A stretch of 64,000 nucleotides of DNA. Origin: Planctomycetota bacterium. GTDB taxonomy: Bacteria; Planctomycetota; UBA11346. The stretch's first letter is position 1, and the number at the start of each line of letters is the position of its first letter. Both the position numbers and the translations under genes were made by a program. Positions 1-12,256 of the stretch are shown here, piece after piece. The stretch is taken from positions 31,868 through 95,867 of the forward strand of contig JBBRLJ010000021.1 in NCBI GenBank assembly GCA_038231435.1, written 5' to 3'. The notes below the pieces were generated by a model. That model made no database searches, was not told where the DNA came from, and worked only from the letters and a program-made list of their open reading frames with translations.

Positions 1-2
1 TG

Positions 3-419
3 TCGTACGGCATTCCGGACAATTGGGGCGCCGCGGCCGTGGTCTACGCGCTGGTCGAGGGCCTGGCCGGCGTCGTCGACCGCGGCGCGGCCTTCGACCG
101 CGTCGCGCTCTCGCCGCGTTGGAGCGCCGCGGGAGTGGACGCGGTCACGGCGCACGTGGCCTATCCGGCGTCGAAGGGCTATCTCTCGTATGCATACGCC
201 CACGACAAGGCTGCGAAGCGCGTATCGCTGAGCGTGACCGGCGGCGGCGAAATCGCCGCGTGCAGCATCCTGCTGCCGGCGAAGGCCAAGCGCGTCAAGA
301 GCGTGACGGTGGACCGGGCGAAGATCGCCTTCCGCGAGGGCGTGGTGCGCGGGTCGCGCTACGCCGAGTTCGAGATCGGTCTGATAGGCGTGCGCGAGGT
401 GGTGGTGGCGTACGCGTGA
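3..419 (+). CDS. 5'-truncated protein, probable C-terminus of a six-hairpin glycosidase-like enzyme
   Basis: Frame is open from the window edge (SYGIPDNWGAAAVVYALVEGLAGV...), followed by a beta-rich tail. The W-(G/A)-A..v..l.eGl.G pattern resembles the end of (alpha/alpha)6 glycosidases. Confidence 0.5.
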   Translation, partial: SYGIPDNWGAAAVVYALVEGLAGVVDRGAAFDRVALSPRWSAAGVDAVTAHVAYPASKGYLSYAYAHDKAAKRVSLSVTGGGEIAACSILLPAKAKRVKSVTVDRAKIAFREGVVRGSRYAEFEIGLIGVREVVVAYA

Positions 420-449
420 CGGACGTGGGCGTCGTCCATCTCGGTGGGA

Positions 450-2252
450 TCAGCCGCGTAGCTGCTGGCCTTCGACCAGCTCCCTGAACAGGCCGGGCTT
501 CGCCACCAGCTCATCGTAGCTGCCGTCCTGCTCGACCGCGCCGTCGCGCATGACGACGATGCGATCGACGTTCTTCACCGTCGCCAGGCGGTGTGCGATG
601 AAGATGGCGGTGCGGCCGGCCAGGTTCTTCTCGAGGGCCTTCTGGATCAGGTCCTCGCTCAAGGTGTCGAGCGCCGAGGTGGCCTCGTCGAAGATGAAGA
701 AGGGGGCGTCGGCGAGCAGCACGCGCGCGATCGCCATGCGCTGGCGCTGGCCGCCCGACAGCGACGAGCCGCCTTCGCCGACGCGGGTGCTCAGCTGCTG
801 GGGCAGCTGCGAGACGAACTCCCAGGCGTTCGCCAGCTCGCAGGCACGCTGGATCGCCTGGTCGTCGGCATCGGCCCGGGCGACCTTGACGTTGTCGCGG
901 ATGGTGGTGCGGAAGATGAAGGGATCCTGGGGCACCACGCCGAAGCGCTTGCGCAGCTCGGAGCCGCGCAGGTTGCGCAGATCGACGCCCGCCAGCGAGA
1001 GAGCGCCCTGCTGCGGATCGTAGAGCCGCAGCAACAGCTGCGAGATGGTGGTCTTGCCGGCGCCGGAGGGACCGACGAAGGCGATCTTCTGGCCGTAGGG
1101 GATGCGCAAAGAGATGTCGCGCAGCACCGTCTTGTCCTCGTAGGCGAAGGACACGTGGTCGAACACCAGGTCTCCGGCCGGAGGTACCGGCAGTTCCGGC
1201 CCGACCGGATCCGGGGTCGAACTCGCTTCCTGCAGCACCGTGCCGATGCGCTCGATCGCCGCCTGCGCTCCGCCGAGCATGGTCAGCGATGAGTAGAGGA
1301 AGTTCACCGGCGCTTGGAGCGCGACGAAGCTGATCAGCACGCCGGTCACTTCGCCCGCGTTCACGTGCCCGGTGGCGAAACGCCACGCGCACGCCGCCAT
1401 CAGGACCGCGTAGGACACGTAGAACAGGCCTTCCTGCTTCATCCATTCGATGTGGCTCTTGATGTCGCGTTCGTAGCTCTTCTGGCCGATCTTCAACGCC
1501 TCCTGCTCGAAGGACATCGAGGCCTGCTCCTCCATCACGTACAGCTTCACCGCGCGGTTGCCGCGCAGCAGGTCGGAGATGTGGCCGCTGACGTCGCCTT
1601 CGAGCTTCTGGAAATCCTTCGAGATCTTCTTCACCCGGTCGCGCGAGTGGGCCATGATCCAGCAGCTGAGGATCAGCGACAGAGCGAGGATGCCGGCGAG
1701 GGTGGGATCCCAAGCCGAGGCCAGGGCCAGGCTCGACAGCAGCGTGATCACCGCTCCCGGCCCATGCATCGAGGTCTGCTGGTAGAAACCCATGATCTGG
1801 CCGAGAGGCGAGCCGAACAGGTAGCTGAAGAGCTCGCCCGAGGGATGGTTACCGTGGAAGCGCAGGCACAGGTGGTTGACCCGACGGAAGAAGCGCGCGC
1901 GCAGCGCCAGCACCACGCGCTCGCGCACCCAGGTGAAGATCCGGTAACCGATGTGCCAGACCAGCATGCGCAGGATGAGCGTCGACACGAGGTAGATGCC
2001 ACACAGCCACGCGACGCGACGCCAGCGCTCGGCCTGGTCGATGTCGGTGGGCAGCAGCACCGAATTGATCAGGTAGGTCGGCGCGACGTTCTGGAAGGTG
2101 ATGGCCGCGCCGTGGAAACCGCCCATCACCATCGCCAGCAGCAGCCACCAGCGATAGGGTTTCATCAACGGCCATACCACCGTGCGCATGGTCGGCGGGG
2201 GCACGGCTGTGGGTGCCGTGGCTGCGGCGGGGTCTCCGGTGAACTGCGGCAT
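450..2252 (-). CDS. ABC exporter, fused permease/ATPase (MsbA/MdlB-like)
   Basis: N-terminal TM helices, Walker A GPSGAGKTT, signature LSGGQRQR, Walker B FIFDEATSALD, H-loop AHRL. Start chosen at MPQF with GAGGG upstream. Confidence 0.92.
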   Translation of the reverse strand: MPQFTGDPAAATAPTAVPPPTMRTVVWPLMKPYRWWLLLAMVMGGFHGAAITFQNVAPTYLINSVLLPTDIDQAERWRRVAWLCGIYLVSTLILRMLVWHIGYRIFTWVRERVVLALRARFFRRVNHLCLRFHGNHPSGELFSYLFGSPLGQIMGFYQQTSMHGPGAVITLLSSLALASAWDPTLAGILALSLILSCWIMAHSRDRVKKISKDFQKLEGDVSGHISDLLRGNRAVKLYVMEEQASMSFEQEALKIGQKSYERDIKSHIEWMKQEGLFYVSYAVLMAACAWRFATGHVNAGEVTGVLISFVALQAPVNFLYSSLTMLGGAQAAIERIGTVLQEASSTPDPVGPELPVPPAGDLVFDHVSFAYEDKTVLRDISLRIPYGQKIAFVGPSGAGKTTISQLLLRLYDPQQGALSLAGVDLRNLRGSELRKRFGVVPQDPFIFRTTIRDNVKVARADADDQAIQRACELANAWEFVSQLPQQLSTRVGEGGSSLSGGQRQRMAIARVLLADAPFFIFDEATSALDTLSEDLIQKALEKNLAGRTAIFIAHRLATVKNVDRIVVMRDGAVEQDGSYDELVAKPGLFRELVEGQQLRG

Positions 2253-2301
2253 GCGGTCCCTCAATATTCCGCGGATTGGCGGTCGATCGCGGGAGACATG
2301 A

Positions 2302-4155
2302 TCAGAACAGCTGTCCCGCGGCGAGTTCGTGGAACTTGCCGCGTCTCTCGATCAACTCGGCGAAGCGGCCGCTCTCGATGACGCGGCCTTCGTCGAGCAC
2401 CACGATCATGTCAGCGTTGCGCACCGTCGACAGGCGGTGCGCGATGACCACGGTGGTGCGGCCCTTCATCAGTAGGTCGAGCGCCTGCTGCACCTCGCGT
2501 TCGCTCTCGGGGTCGAGGGCGCTGGTGGCTTCGTCGAGGATCAGCAGCTTCGGGTCGCGGTAGAGCGCACGCGCGATCGCGAGCCGCTGGCGCTGGCCGC
2601 CGGACAGGCCGGCGCCGCGGTCGCCGAGCACGTGCTGGTAGCCGTCGGGGAGCTTGACGATGAAGTCGTGCGCGTTCGCGCACCGCGCCGCCTCTTCCAC
2701 TCGCGCCAAATCGGGCTTGGCATCGCCCCATGCGATGTTGCCCACCACCGTGTCGTGGAACAGCACGACATCCTGGCTGACCACGCCGACGTGGCGGCGG
2801 ATGCTCTGGCGGTCCACCTTGGTGAGGTCGTGGCCGTCGATGGTCACCACGCCCGAGGTCGGCTCGTAGAATCCGAGGATCAGTCCGGCAGTGGTGCTCT
2901 TGCCCGAGCCAGACGCGCCGACCAGCGCCACGCTGGTGCCGGCGGGGATGACCAGATCGAGGCCGTTCAGACTGTGCGAGGTGCTCTTCGGGTAGCGGAA
3001 CGTGACGTTCTCGAGCCTGACCTCGCCGCGCAGCGATTCGATCCGGGGCTTGCCGGCGTTGTGCTCGTGGTCGTCGCGCTCGAACAGTTCGGAGAGCGAA
3101 TTCATCGCATCGTGGGCCGCGGCGACCGCTGGGGTGCCGTCGAGGAAGGATCCGATGGATTGGCTGATCAGCGCGAAATAGGCCATGATCACCAGCAGAT
3201 CGCCGATCGTGATCCAGTGCTTGCAGCAGAAGTACACCGCTGTGCCGTAGACGATCATGTTCACCAGCTGATTGCCGGCCCACGCCATCGAGCCGAACAG
3301 CGCCTGCAGCTTGTCGAGCTGGTAGCCGCGCGCGGCCACCGAGCTGGCCGCGATGCCGACGCGGTCCTCGGTGAAGCTCTCCACCGCGTGCGCGCGCGTG
3401 ACGCGCACGCCCGAGAGCGCCTCGAAGAGGAAGGCGCTGAAGCCGGATTCCGCCTTGCGGTAGGCCTCGTTCTTGGCCCTCAGCGGCTTCCAGAAGAAGC
3501 GCCAGATCATCAGGTTGGTCGGCACCGCGAGCAGCATCAGCATCAGCAGGCGCCAGTCCTTCATGCCCATGATCACGGTCATGATGATGATGCTGGTGCC
3601 TTGCATCAGCACGACCTCGAAGAGGTAGTTCTGCAGGCCCTCGAGGCGGTTCATGTCGAGCACGAACTTGTTCTGCAGCTCGCCGATCTGGTTGCGGTCG
3701 TGGAAGGCGAAGGTGAGCACGTGGACGCGGCGCATCAGCGCCCGTCGCAGGCTCGCCGTCAGGGCGCGCCGCTGGCGCGACAGCAGCAACCGTTGCGGAA
3801 AGGTCGAAGCGACATTGAGCACGCACAGGCCGAAGGTCGCTGCCAGCACCCGGGGCAGCGCGCGCATGGCGGCGTCGGGGTCGGTCGCAAGTAGGTTCAG
3901 CAGGTAGCCGCTCAGCAACGGCAGGATGTAAGTGGGCGAATGGCGGAGATTGATCAGCACCACCGCCAGCGGGATCATCCAGTGCTTGTTGGGCACCAGC
4001 GTCAGGTAGGCGCCCAACGTCGAGCGCTCCCTCGCCTGGGGTACCAGCGCGTAGAGCTTCTCAGTCTTGATGTGGAAGGTCGGCGCGTCGCCGTCGGTGT
4101 CGCCGGCGATCCGGGGCACGCGGGAGGTGACAGCGGCGGCCGGCGAGTCGGCCAT
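2302..4155 (-). CDS. ABC exporter, fused permease/ATPase (MsbA/MdlB-like)
   Basis: TM domain, GASGSGKST, LSGGQRQR, LILDEATSALD, AHRL. Start chosen at MADS with GGAG upstream; 4182 is an alternative. Confidence 0.92.
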   Translation of the reverse strand: MADSPAAAVTSRVPRIAGDTDGDAPTFHIKTEKLYALVPQARERSTLGAYLTLVPNKHWMIPLAVVLINLRHSPTYILPLLSGYLLNLLATDPDAAMRALPRVLAATFGLCVLNVASTFPQRLLLSRQRRALTASLRRALMRRVHVLTFAFHDRNQIGELQNKFVLDMNRLEGLQNYLFEVVLMQGTSIIIMTVIMGMKDWRLLMLMLLAVPTNLMIWRFFWKPLRAKNEAYRKAESGFSAFLFEALSGVRVTRAHAVESFTEDRVGIAASSVAARGYQLDKLQALFGSMAWAGNQLVNMIVYGTAVYFCCKHWITIGDLLVIMAYFALISQSIGSFLDGTPAVAAAHDAMNSLSELFERDDHEHNAGKPRIESLRGEVRLENVTFRYPKSTSHSLNGLDLVIPAGTSVALVGASGSGKSTTAGLILGFYEPTSGVVTIDGHDLTKVDRQSIRRHVGVVSQDVVLFHDTVVGNIAWGDAKPDLARVEEAARCANAHDFIVKLPDGYQHVLGDRGAGLSGGQRQRLAIARALYRDPKLLILDEATSALDPESEREVQQALDLLMKGRTTVVIAHRLSTVRNADMIVVLDEGRVIESGRFAELIERRGKFHELAAGQLF

Positions 4156-4361
4156 CGGCCGGACTCCAATCTCGATGGGCATGATTGCGCGTGGCGGAGG
4201 GGCGATGACGAGCGGCGCAGTATCCGCTTGCGCGCTAGGCCTGCAATGGGCCCTGGACAACTACAATCCACGTTAGATCAGTCAGTCCTGATATACTTGA
4301 ATAAGATGTTATAACCCAGGGACTAACGACACGATCCTGATCAGATCACAGGGCCGTCACG

Positions 4362-6305
<1,944 letters not shown>

Positions 6306-6567
6306 GGAACGAGGGTACGGGAGCCACCTACGGGTGGGACGCCATTCCCCCGCGCTTTCGACATGCCTTTCGTTGCAGACGTTGTGCCCACCGCCACATC
6401 TCGGGCCTGCGCCCAGGCTGAGATCCCTGTGGAACGTTGCCCGCGGCCAGGTTCGACGCTTGCCGTCGCGGTCGACCTCCTACCCTTGCCACGGCACCGG
6501 GGACGCGTCGCCGGACCTGGTGCGCCATCGAGCCTGTCATCGACGGGATCCACGCACAGGGACGGGC

Positions 6568-7899
6568 ATGAGCGCGCAATCGACGTTGAACCAGCCGGCG
6601 AACTCGGTGAAGAATCCCGCGTACAACGCCACCAATAAAGTGGTGCTCGGCCTCCAATGGGGCGACGAGGGCAAGGGCAAGGTCATCGACCTGCTCGCAG
6701 ACAAGGCCGACGTGGTGGTGCGCTGCCAAGGCGGCGCCAACGCCGGCCACACCGTGGTGGTGGGCTCGCGAAAGACCGTGCTGCACCTGCTGCCGTCAGG
6801 CGTCCTGCACGAGCGCTCGCGCTGCATCATCGGCAACGGCGTGGTGGTCGACCCGATCGCGCTGTGCGCAGAGCTCGACGAGCTCAAGGCCGGTGGTTGC
6901 GATCCCACGCGTCGGCTGTTCGTCAGCGACCGCGCCCATCTGGTCCTGCCCTGCCACAAGGCGCTCGACGCCGCGGCCGAGAAATCCAAGGGCGACGCCA
7001 AGGTCGGCACCACCCTGCGCGGCATCGGGCCGTGCTATATCGACAAGGCCGCGCGCACCGGGCTGCGCTGCGGCGATCTGCGCGACATGACGGCGTTCAA
7101 AGCCAAGCTGCGCGCCCACCTCGCGGACTTCGACAAGCTGGTCCGCGCCCACGGCGGTTCCGACACCGATCTCGATCAGGCCGAGGCGCAGGTGCTGCCC
7201 GCCTGCGCGCGCATCGCCCCGCTGGTCGCGGACACGGCGGCGCTGCTGCACGAATCCGCGGCCAAGGGCCAGGGTTTCCTGTTCGAGGGCGCGCAGGGCG
7301 CGATGCTCGACATCGACTACGGCACCTATCCCTTCGTCACCAGCTCGAACACCGGAATCGGCGGCGTCATCACCGGTTCCGGGCTGTCGCACAAGCAGCT
7401 CGGCGAGGTCATCGGCGTGGTCAAGGCGTACTCGACGCGCGTCGGCGGCGGACCGTTTCCGGTCGAGCTGCTGGGCGCTAAGGGCGACGAGATCCGCAAG
7501 CGCGGAGCCGAATTCGGCGCCACCACCGGGCGTCCGCGCCGCTGTGGCTGGCTCGACCTGGTGGCGGTCCGGTTCGCCTGCCGGCTCAACGGCGTCGACT
7601 CCATCGCGCTCACCAAGCTCGACATCCTCTCCAACGAGCCCGAGCTGCCGGTGTGCGTCGCCTACGAGCTCGACGGCAAGCGCATCGACACCATCCCCGC
7701 GCGCATCGACGACCTGGCGCGCGTGACGCCGGTGTGGGAGAAGCTCGCCGGGTGGACCGAGCCACTGCAGCCCTGCCGCACGATCGAGTCGATGCCCACG
7801 AACGCGCGCGCATATGTGCGCTTCATCGAGGAGCGGGTGGGCGTCCCGGTGCGCTGGATCGGCACTGGACCCGGGCGCGACGAAATCGTCATCCGATGA
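6568..7899 (+). CDS. purA: Adenylosuccinate synthetase
   Basis: GLQWGDEGKGK, QGGANAGHT, EGAQGAMLDIDYGTYPFVTSS, EFGATTGRPRRCGWLD. Confidence 0.98.
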   Translation: MSAQSTLNQPANSVKNPAYNATNKVVLGLQWGDEGKGKVIDLLADKADVVVRCQGGANAGHTVVVGSRKTVLHLLPSGVLHERSRCIIGNGVVVDPIALCAELDELKAGGCDPTRRLFVSDRAHLVLPCHKALDAAAEKSKGDAKVGTTLRGIGPCYIDKAARTGLRCGDLRDMTAFKAKLRAHLADFDKLVRAHGGSDTDLDQAEAQVLPACARIAPLVADTAALLHESAAKGQGFLFEGAQGAMLDIDYGTYPFVTSSNTGIGGVITGSGLSHKQLGEVIGVVKAYSTRVGGGPFPVELLGAKGDEIRKRGAEFGATTGRPRRCGWLDLVAVRFACRLNGVDSIALTKLDILSNEPELPVCVAYELDGKRIDTIPARIDDLARVTPVWEKLAGWTEPLQPCRTIESMPTNARAYVRFIEERVGVPVRWIGTGPGRDEIVIR

Positions 7900-8672
7900 A
7901 CCCGCCGACCGCCGTCGACGCCACGGCCGCCGCGTACGCCGCCGCCGCCGGCCTCGATCCGGCGCGCCTGCCTCGGCACGCGGCGGTGATCATGGACGGC
8001 AACGGCCGCTGGGCCAAACGCCACGGTTGGGACCGCACTCGCGGGCACCAGCGCGGCGCGGAAGTGGTCCGGGCGATCACCACCGAGAGCGTGAAGCTGG
8101 GCATCAAGCGCCTGACGCTGTACGCGTTCTCGAGCGAGAACTGGAGCCGGCCCAAGCGCGAGGTCGCCTTCCTCATGAGCCTGCTGGCCGACTTCCTGCG
8201 CGGCGAGCTGCCGACGCTGCAGGAGAACGGCGTTCGGCTCGAAGCCATCGGCCGGCTCGAGCGCCTGCCCGCCGAGGTGCTCGCGCCGCTCGATGCCGCG
8301 CGCGCCGCGACCGCCGCGAACCACCACATGGTGCTGTGCCTGGCGCTCAGCTATGGCGGCCGCGAGGAGATCGTGGACGCGGCTCGCGCGCTCGCGCGCG
8401 ACGTCGCCGCCGGACGGCTGGCCCCCGACGCCATCGATGAGGCGGCGTTCCAGGCGCGGCTCTATGGCGGAGTGTGCGTGTTCGGCGCCGACGAGGCCGA
8501 CGTCGTCATCCGCACCGCCGGCGAGCAGCGCCTGTCGAACTTCCTGCCATGGCAGGCGAACTACGCCGAATACGTCTCGGCCCCGCCGCTGTGGCCGGAC
8601 TTCACGGTCGCGGACTACCGCGCGGCGTTGAAGGAGTTCCAGGGCCGCGAGCGGCGATTCGGAACGGTATAA
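7896..8672 (+). CDS. uppS: Undecaprenyl diphosphate synthase (cis-prenyltransferase)
   Basis: IMDGNGRWA, YAFSSENWSRP, IRTAGEQRLSNFLPWQ. ATGA overlap with the purA stop. Confidence 0.96.
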   Translation: MNPPTAVDATAAAYAAAAGLDPARLPRHAAVIMDGNGRWAKRHGWDRTRGHQRGAEVVRAITTESVKLGIKRLTLYAFSSENWSRPKREVAFLMSLLADFLRGELPTLQENGVRLEAIGRLERLPAEVLAPLDAARAATAANHHMVLCLALSYGGREEIVDAARALARDVAAGRLAPDAIDEAAFQARLYGGVCVFGADEADVVIRTAGEQRLSNFLPWQANYAEYVSAPPLWPDFTVADYRAALKEFQGRERRFGTV

Positions 8673-8721
8673 GGTTTCCCGCTCGCACCGCGGAAGCTGC
8701 GGGAGCCTCTCCCGCTTTCCG

Positions 8722-9576
8722 TTAGCCCTTCCATTCCCCTTCGAACACCGTCACCGCGGGTCCCGTCAGCCGCACGGGTGCGTCGTCGCGAGGCCAGGAG
8801 ACGTGGAGGTCGCCGCCGGAGAGGCGGATGAGGGCTTCGCGGGTGTCGATGCGATGGTCGAGCACGGCCGCGACCAAAGTCGCACAGGCCCCGGTGCCGC
8901 AGGCCTGGGTCTCGCCGGAGCCGCGCTCCCAGGTGCGCTGGCGCAGCACCGCCAGGCCGGCTTCGTCGGCGAGGCGCGCGACGAACTCGACATTGGTGCG
9001 ATTCGGGAAGCGCGGATGGCGTTCGAGGACCGGTCCGACGCGGCCGACCGGGAACGCATCCGGATCATCTACGAACAGTACGGCGTGGGGATTGCCCATG
9101 CCGACGGCGAGTAGGCGGAAGCGTTCGCCGCCGATCGTGACCGGCAGCGTCAGCTTCGGACCGCGCCCCGGATGCTTGACGGGGATCGACGTCGGGGTCA
9201 GGCGCGGGCGGCCCATGCTGACGCTCGCTCCGGTCACGCGCTTGCCATCGAAGCGGAGCTCGACGTCGAGCAGGCCGGCTCCAGTTTCGAAGCGCATGGT
9301 GCGTTCACGCACGCGGCGGTGGTCCCACGCGAGCTTCGCCGCGCAGCGGATGCCGTTGCCGCACATCTCCGAGCGCGAGCCGTCGGCATTGAACATGATC
9401 ATGCACGCTTCCGCCACGCGCGAGGGGGCGACCACGATCAACCCATCCGCGCCTATGCCGGCGTGCCGGTCGCTGACTCGGCGTGCAAGCCCGGGCAGAT
9501 CGCCAGGCAGCGTCTCGCTCCAGGCATCCACGTAGACGTAGTCATTGCCGCAGCCGTGCATTTTGGTGAAGCGCAT
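8722..9576 (-). CDS. dapF: Diaminopimelate epimerase
   Basis: MRFTKMHGCGNDY, MCGNGIRC, MGNPH, TNVEF, WERGSGETQACGTGAC. True start is 9576, not 10740. Confidence 0.97.
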   Translation of the reverse strand: MRFTKMHGCGNDYVYVDAWSETLPGDLPGLARRVSDRHAGIGADGLIVVAPSRVAEACMIMFNADGSRSEMCGNGIRCAAKLAWDHRRVRERTMRFETGAGLLDVELRFDGKRVTGASVSMGRPRLTPTSIPVKHPGRGPKLTLPVTIGGERFRLLAVGMGNPHAVLFVDDPDAFPVGRVGPVLERHPRFPNRTNVEFVARLADEAGLAVLRQRTWERGSGETQACGTGACATLVAAVLDHRIDTREALIRLSGGDLHVSWPRDDAPVRLTGPAVTVFEGEWKG

Positions 9577-9705
9577 GGATACCCGCCTCGGCCGAGCATA
9601 GCCGGCTCCGGACTGCGCGGTATCCCCCCTAAATGCAGCGGCGGAAGCGCCGCGGCGACCGCCTGGGCGTTGGACCTGCGGACAGGCGGCGCCACACTGC
9701 GGCCG

Positions 9706-11895
9706 ATGTCCCGGCGCAAGAAGATCTGGCTGACCCTGGGCATCGTCCTGATCGGCCTGCCGCTCGCGGCCCTGGTCGTCGGCTGGTGCCTCATCCATTC
9801 GGGCCGGGTCGAACGTTACATCGAAGCGAAGTTCAGCCAACGCCTGCCGGGACGGCTGCACGTCGGGAGCTTCGAGCTCGCGTCCTCGAGCGAGATCGTG
9901 CTGCGCGACCTGGTCATCGACGAGGCCGGCGAGGCGGCGCTGGTCACCGTCGCTGAGGTGCACGCCAAGCTGTCGCTCAGGCGGCTGCGGCTCGAGGCCC
10001 TGGCTATCGACGGCGTGCGCATGCGCCTGGATGCCAAGTCGTTCGCCCTGCTCAACCGCATCCTCGACACCGAGTCGGCGATCCCGCCGTCTGGGAAGCC
10101 TCACAAAACCCCGATCGACGTCACCGGCGAGTTGGTCACCGATACCGGCCTGCGCGTCTCCGACATCGTCGTCAAGGCGACCGACAACGGCCCCGAGACC
10201 ACGGCCCAGGTCACCGCCCGCTACGGCGACGAGCCGGTCCAGCTGTCGATCGACATCGCTCCGGTCGCGCAGGGCTCGCGCCACATGCGCATCGGTGGCA
10301 AACACGTGAAGGGCTTGGTGGCACCGGTGATCGACGCCCTGGTCTCGATCAAGTTGCTGGCCCAGGTCCCGCCGTTCGTGCGCCAGTACCTGCCCGAGGT
10401 CGCCGACGCTAGCGGGACCGTGGTCGACAAGGATCTCTCGGCGAATTCGTTCACCGGCAGCCTGATCGCCAGATGGCCCCTGGAGCAAGAGGGCGCCGGC
10501 AGCCTGTCCGCGACGCTCACCGCCGACGTGCATCGGTTGACGTTGACCAAGCTGATCGTCAAGGACGCCACGGTGATCACCGCCGAGGGCAAGCTGTCTG
10601 CCGATCTCGACAACCAGGATCTCGCCATCGACCTCATCAGCTGGCATCCCGGCTCGCGACTGACGGCGGCGAACGGCCCGATCCCGCCGCAGGTTCCGGT
10701 CGAGGAGCTGCTGAAACAGGTACCGGCGTTGAGATTCCAATGCCGCCTGCGCGAGAACGAGGAGCAGATCGTGGCGCGCCTGTTCGCGCTCGGTCAGGCG
10801 CAGTCGAGCGTCGAACTGTCCTGGAAACCCGACGCGCCGCTGAAGGTGGACGCGATCGAGCTGCCGCTGACCCTCGCGCAGTCGTTCCTGCCCAAGGCGG
10901 TGACCATCAATGGCGGCCAGGCCGCCAAGGTCTCGCTGACCATCGACGGGACCCTGCGCGCCTGCGACGTCGAGGCGCGGCAGGCGCGTTTCTCGGCGCG
11001 TGGCTGGTCGTTTGGGCCCGCCAGCGGTTTCTGTCGCATCGACCCCGTCGCCGCTGGGGGCTTCTCACTGGCGGCCGAGCTGCGCCAGCTCGACGAACAG
11101 GGGCGCGCTGGTGCAGGCCGGCTCGGGGTCATCAATTACAGCAATAACGGCGCAGCAACCTCGACCATGCATGTCGAGGTCAAGCGCGTCGAGGACATGC
11201 TCATCCGCATCCACGGCCCGGTACAACTGCCAGATCTGCGCGGCGGCCTGTCGTTCGACATGCGCATGAAGCAGGACGAGCAGTCGATCCAGGCCCACGT
11301 CGAACGATTGGCCCTAGACGACCTGACGCTCCCCGACCTGCTGCAGGAGCTGGTCGCCACGATCCGCGGCGATTTCGTGTGGCGCCCGAACGGCCTCGAC
11401 GCGCACTTCGGTGGTCAGCTCCACCAAGGCCAGCTGCGCTTGCCAGGAACGTGGCTCGACATCGCGGCGCGCAATCCGCTGTTCACCGCCGCGTTCGTAT
11501 TGACGCCAGCGGAAGGCTACGCCCCGGCCGCGCTCGACGTCTCCGAGATCCTGGTGCGCGCGGCCGACGCCAAGGGCGAGCCGATGGCGCTCGGGTATTC
11601 CGCCCAGCTCGGCGGCAACCTCACCGCCACTGGCACCGGACAGATCCGCGGCGTCGTCGACCACGCCGATCTCGGCTGGGTGAACAGCATGCTGCCGCTG
11701 GATCCCGGGAGCATGTCCGGTCAGGGCGCGATCGCCATCTCGGCCGACCTGTTCCTGGCCACGGTCATGCGCCTGGAGGGATCGTTCCTGCCGTTGAACG
11801 CCGATCTGCGCATCGGCAAGGGTTTCCAGGCCACCGGCATCACCGGCGCCGTGCAGTTCATCATGGAGAAGAACTCCGGGGACAAGCGGCCGTGA
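9706..11895 (+). CDS. Membrane-anchored beta-strand-rich protein, AsmA/TamB-like
   Basis: Basic N-terminus plus a single TM (MSRRKKIWLTLGIVLIGLPLAALVVGW), then ~700 aa of amphipathic beta strands with no catalytic motif. Confidence 0.55.
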   Translation: MSRRKKIWLTLGIVLIGLPLAALVVGWCLIHSGRVERYIEAKFSQRLPGRLHVGSFELASSSEIVLRDLVIDEAGEAALVTVAEVHAKLSLRRLRLEALAIDGVRMRLDAKSFALLNRILDTESAIPPSGKPHKTPIDVTGELVTDTGLRVSDIVVKATDNGPETTAQVTARYGDEPVQLSIDIAPVAQGSRHMRIGGKHVKGLVAPVIDALVSIKLLAQVPPFVRQYLPEVADASGTVVDKDLSANSFTGSLIARWPLEQEGAGSLSATLTADVHRLTLTKLIVKDATVITAEGKLSADLDNQDLAIDLISWHPGSRLTAANGPIPPQVPVEELLKQVPALRFQCRLRENEEQIVARLFALGQAQSSVELSWKPDAPLKVDAIELPLTLAQSFLPKAVTINGGQAAKVSLTIDGTLRACDVEARQARFSARGWSFGPASGFCRIDPVAAGGFSLAAELRQLDEQGRAGAGRLGVINYSNNGAATSTMHVEVKRVEDMLIRIHGPVQLPDLRGGLSFDMRMKQDEQSIQAHVERLALDDLTLPDLLQELVATIRGDFVWRPNGLDAHFGGQLHQGQLRLPGTWLDIAARNPLFTAAFVLTPAEGYAPAALDVSEILVRAADAKGEPMALGYSAQLGGNLTATGTGQIRGVVDHADLGWVNSMLPLDPGSMSGQGAIAISADLFLATVMRLEGSFLPLNADLRIGKGFQATGITGAVQFIMEKNSGDKRP

Positions 11896-11923
11896 GCGTG
11901 GATACTACGCGCGAGGAATCGCC

Positions 11924-12253
11924 ATGTACCGTGAACTGAAGGCCGAGGCCGAAGCCGAGGCGCTGATCGCATCCCCTGAGCCGGCGTGGCTGTTCAAGCA
12001 TTCGAACACCTGCCCGACCAGCAGCGCCGCGCTCGACGAATTCCGCGGCTACCTCACCGCGCACCCGCACGAGCCCGCCGGCATGCTGGTGGTGCAGACC
12101 CAGCGCCCGCTGTCCAACTGGTTGGCCACGCGGCTGAAGCGCACCCATCAGAGCCCGCAGCTGTTCCTGGTGAAGGCGGGCGCGATCGTGTGGACGGCCT
12201 CGCATTGGAGCATCACCGCCGCGGCCATGGACCAGGCGCGGAAACAGGCGTAA
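11924..12253 (+). CDS. Monothiol bacilliredoxin BrxC/YtxJ family (DUF2847)
   Basis: LFKHSNTCPTS, THQSPQ and WTASHWSIT motifs; GAGGA RBS. Confidence 0.85.
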   Translation: MYRELKAEAEAEALIASPEPAWLFKHSNTCPTSSAALDEFRGYLTAHPHEPAGMLVVQTQRPLSNWLATRLKRTHQSPQLFLVKAGAIVWTASHWSITAAAMDQARKQA

Positions 12254-12256
12254 TCG

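Noticed and set aside
450..4155. ABC exporters as the NdvA glucan exporter for the synthase at 30162
   Set aside because: They are 26 kb away and I see no NdvA-specific feature; a phylogeny would be needed.
4262..4350. AT-rich intergenic patch with an imperfect inverted repeat (AGTCCTG...CAGGGACT) upstream of the ABC exporters
   Set aside because: Probably promoter or operator DNA, but the symmetry is too weak to assign and no regulator is adjacent.
8722..10740. 672-aa ORF suggesting a DapF fusion
   Set aside because: The N-terminal ~390 aa are the antisense shadow of the gene at 9706-11895. DapF starts at MRFTKMHG (9576).
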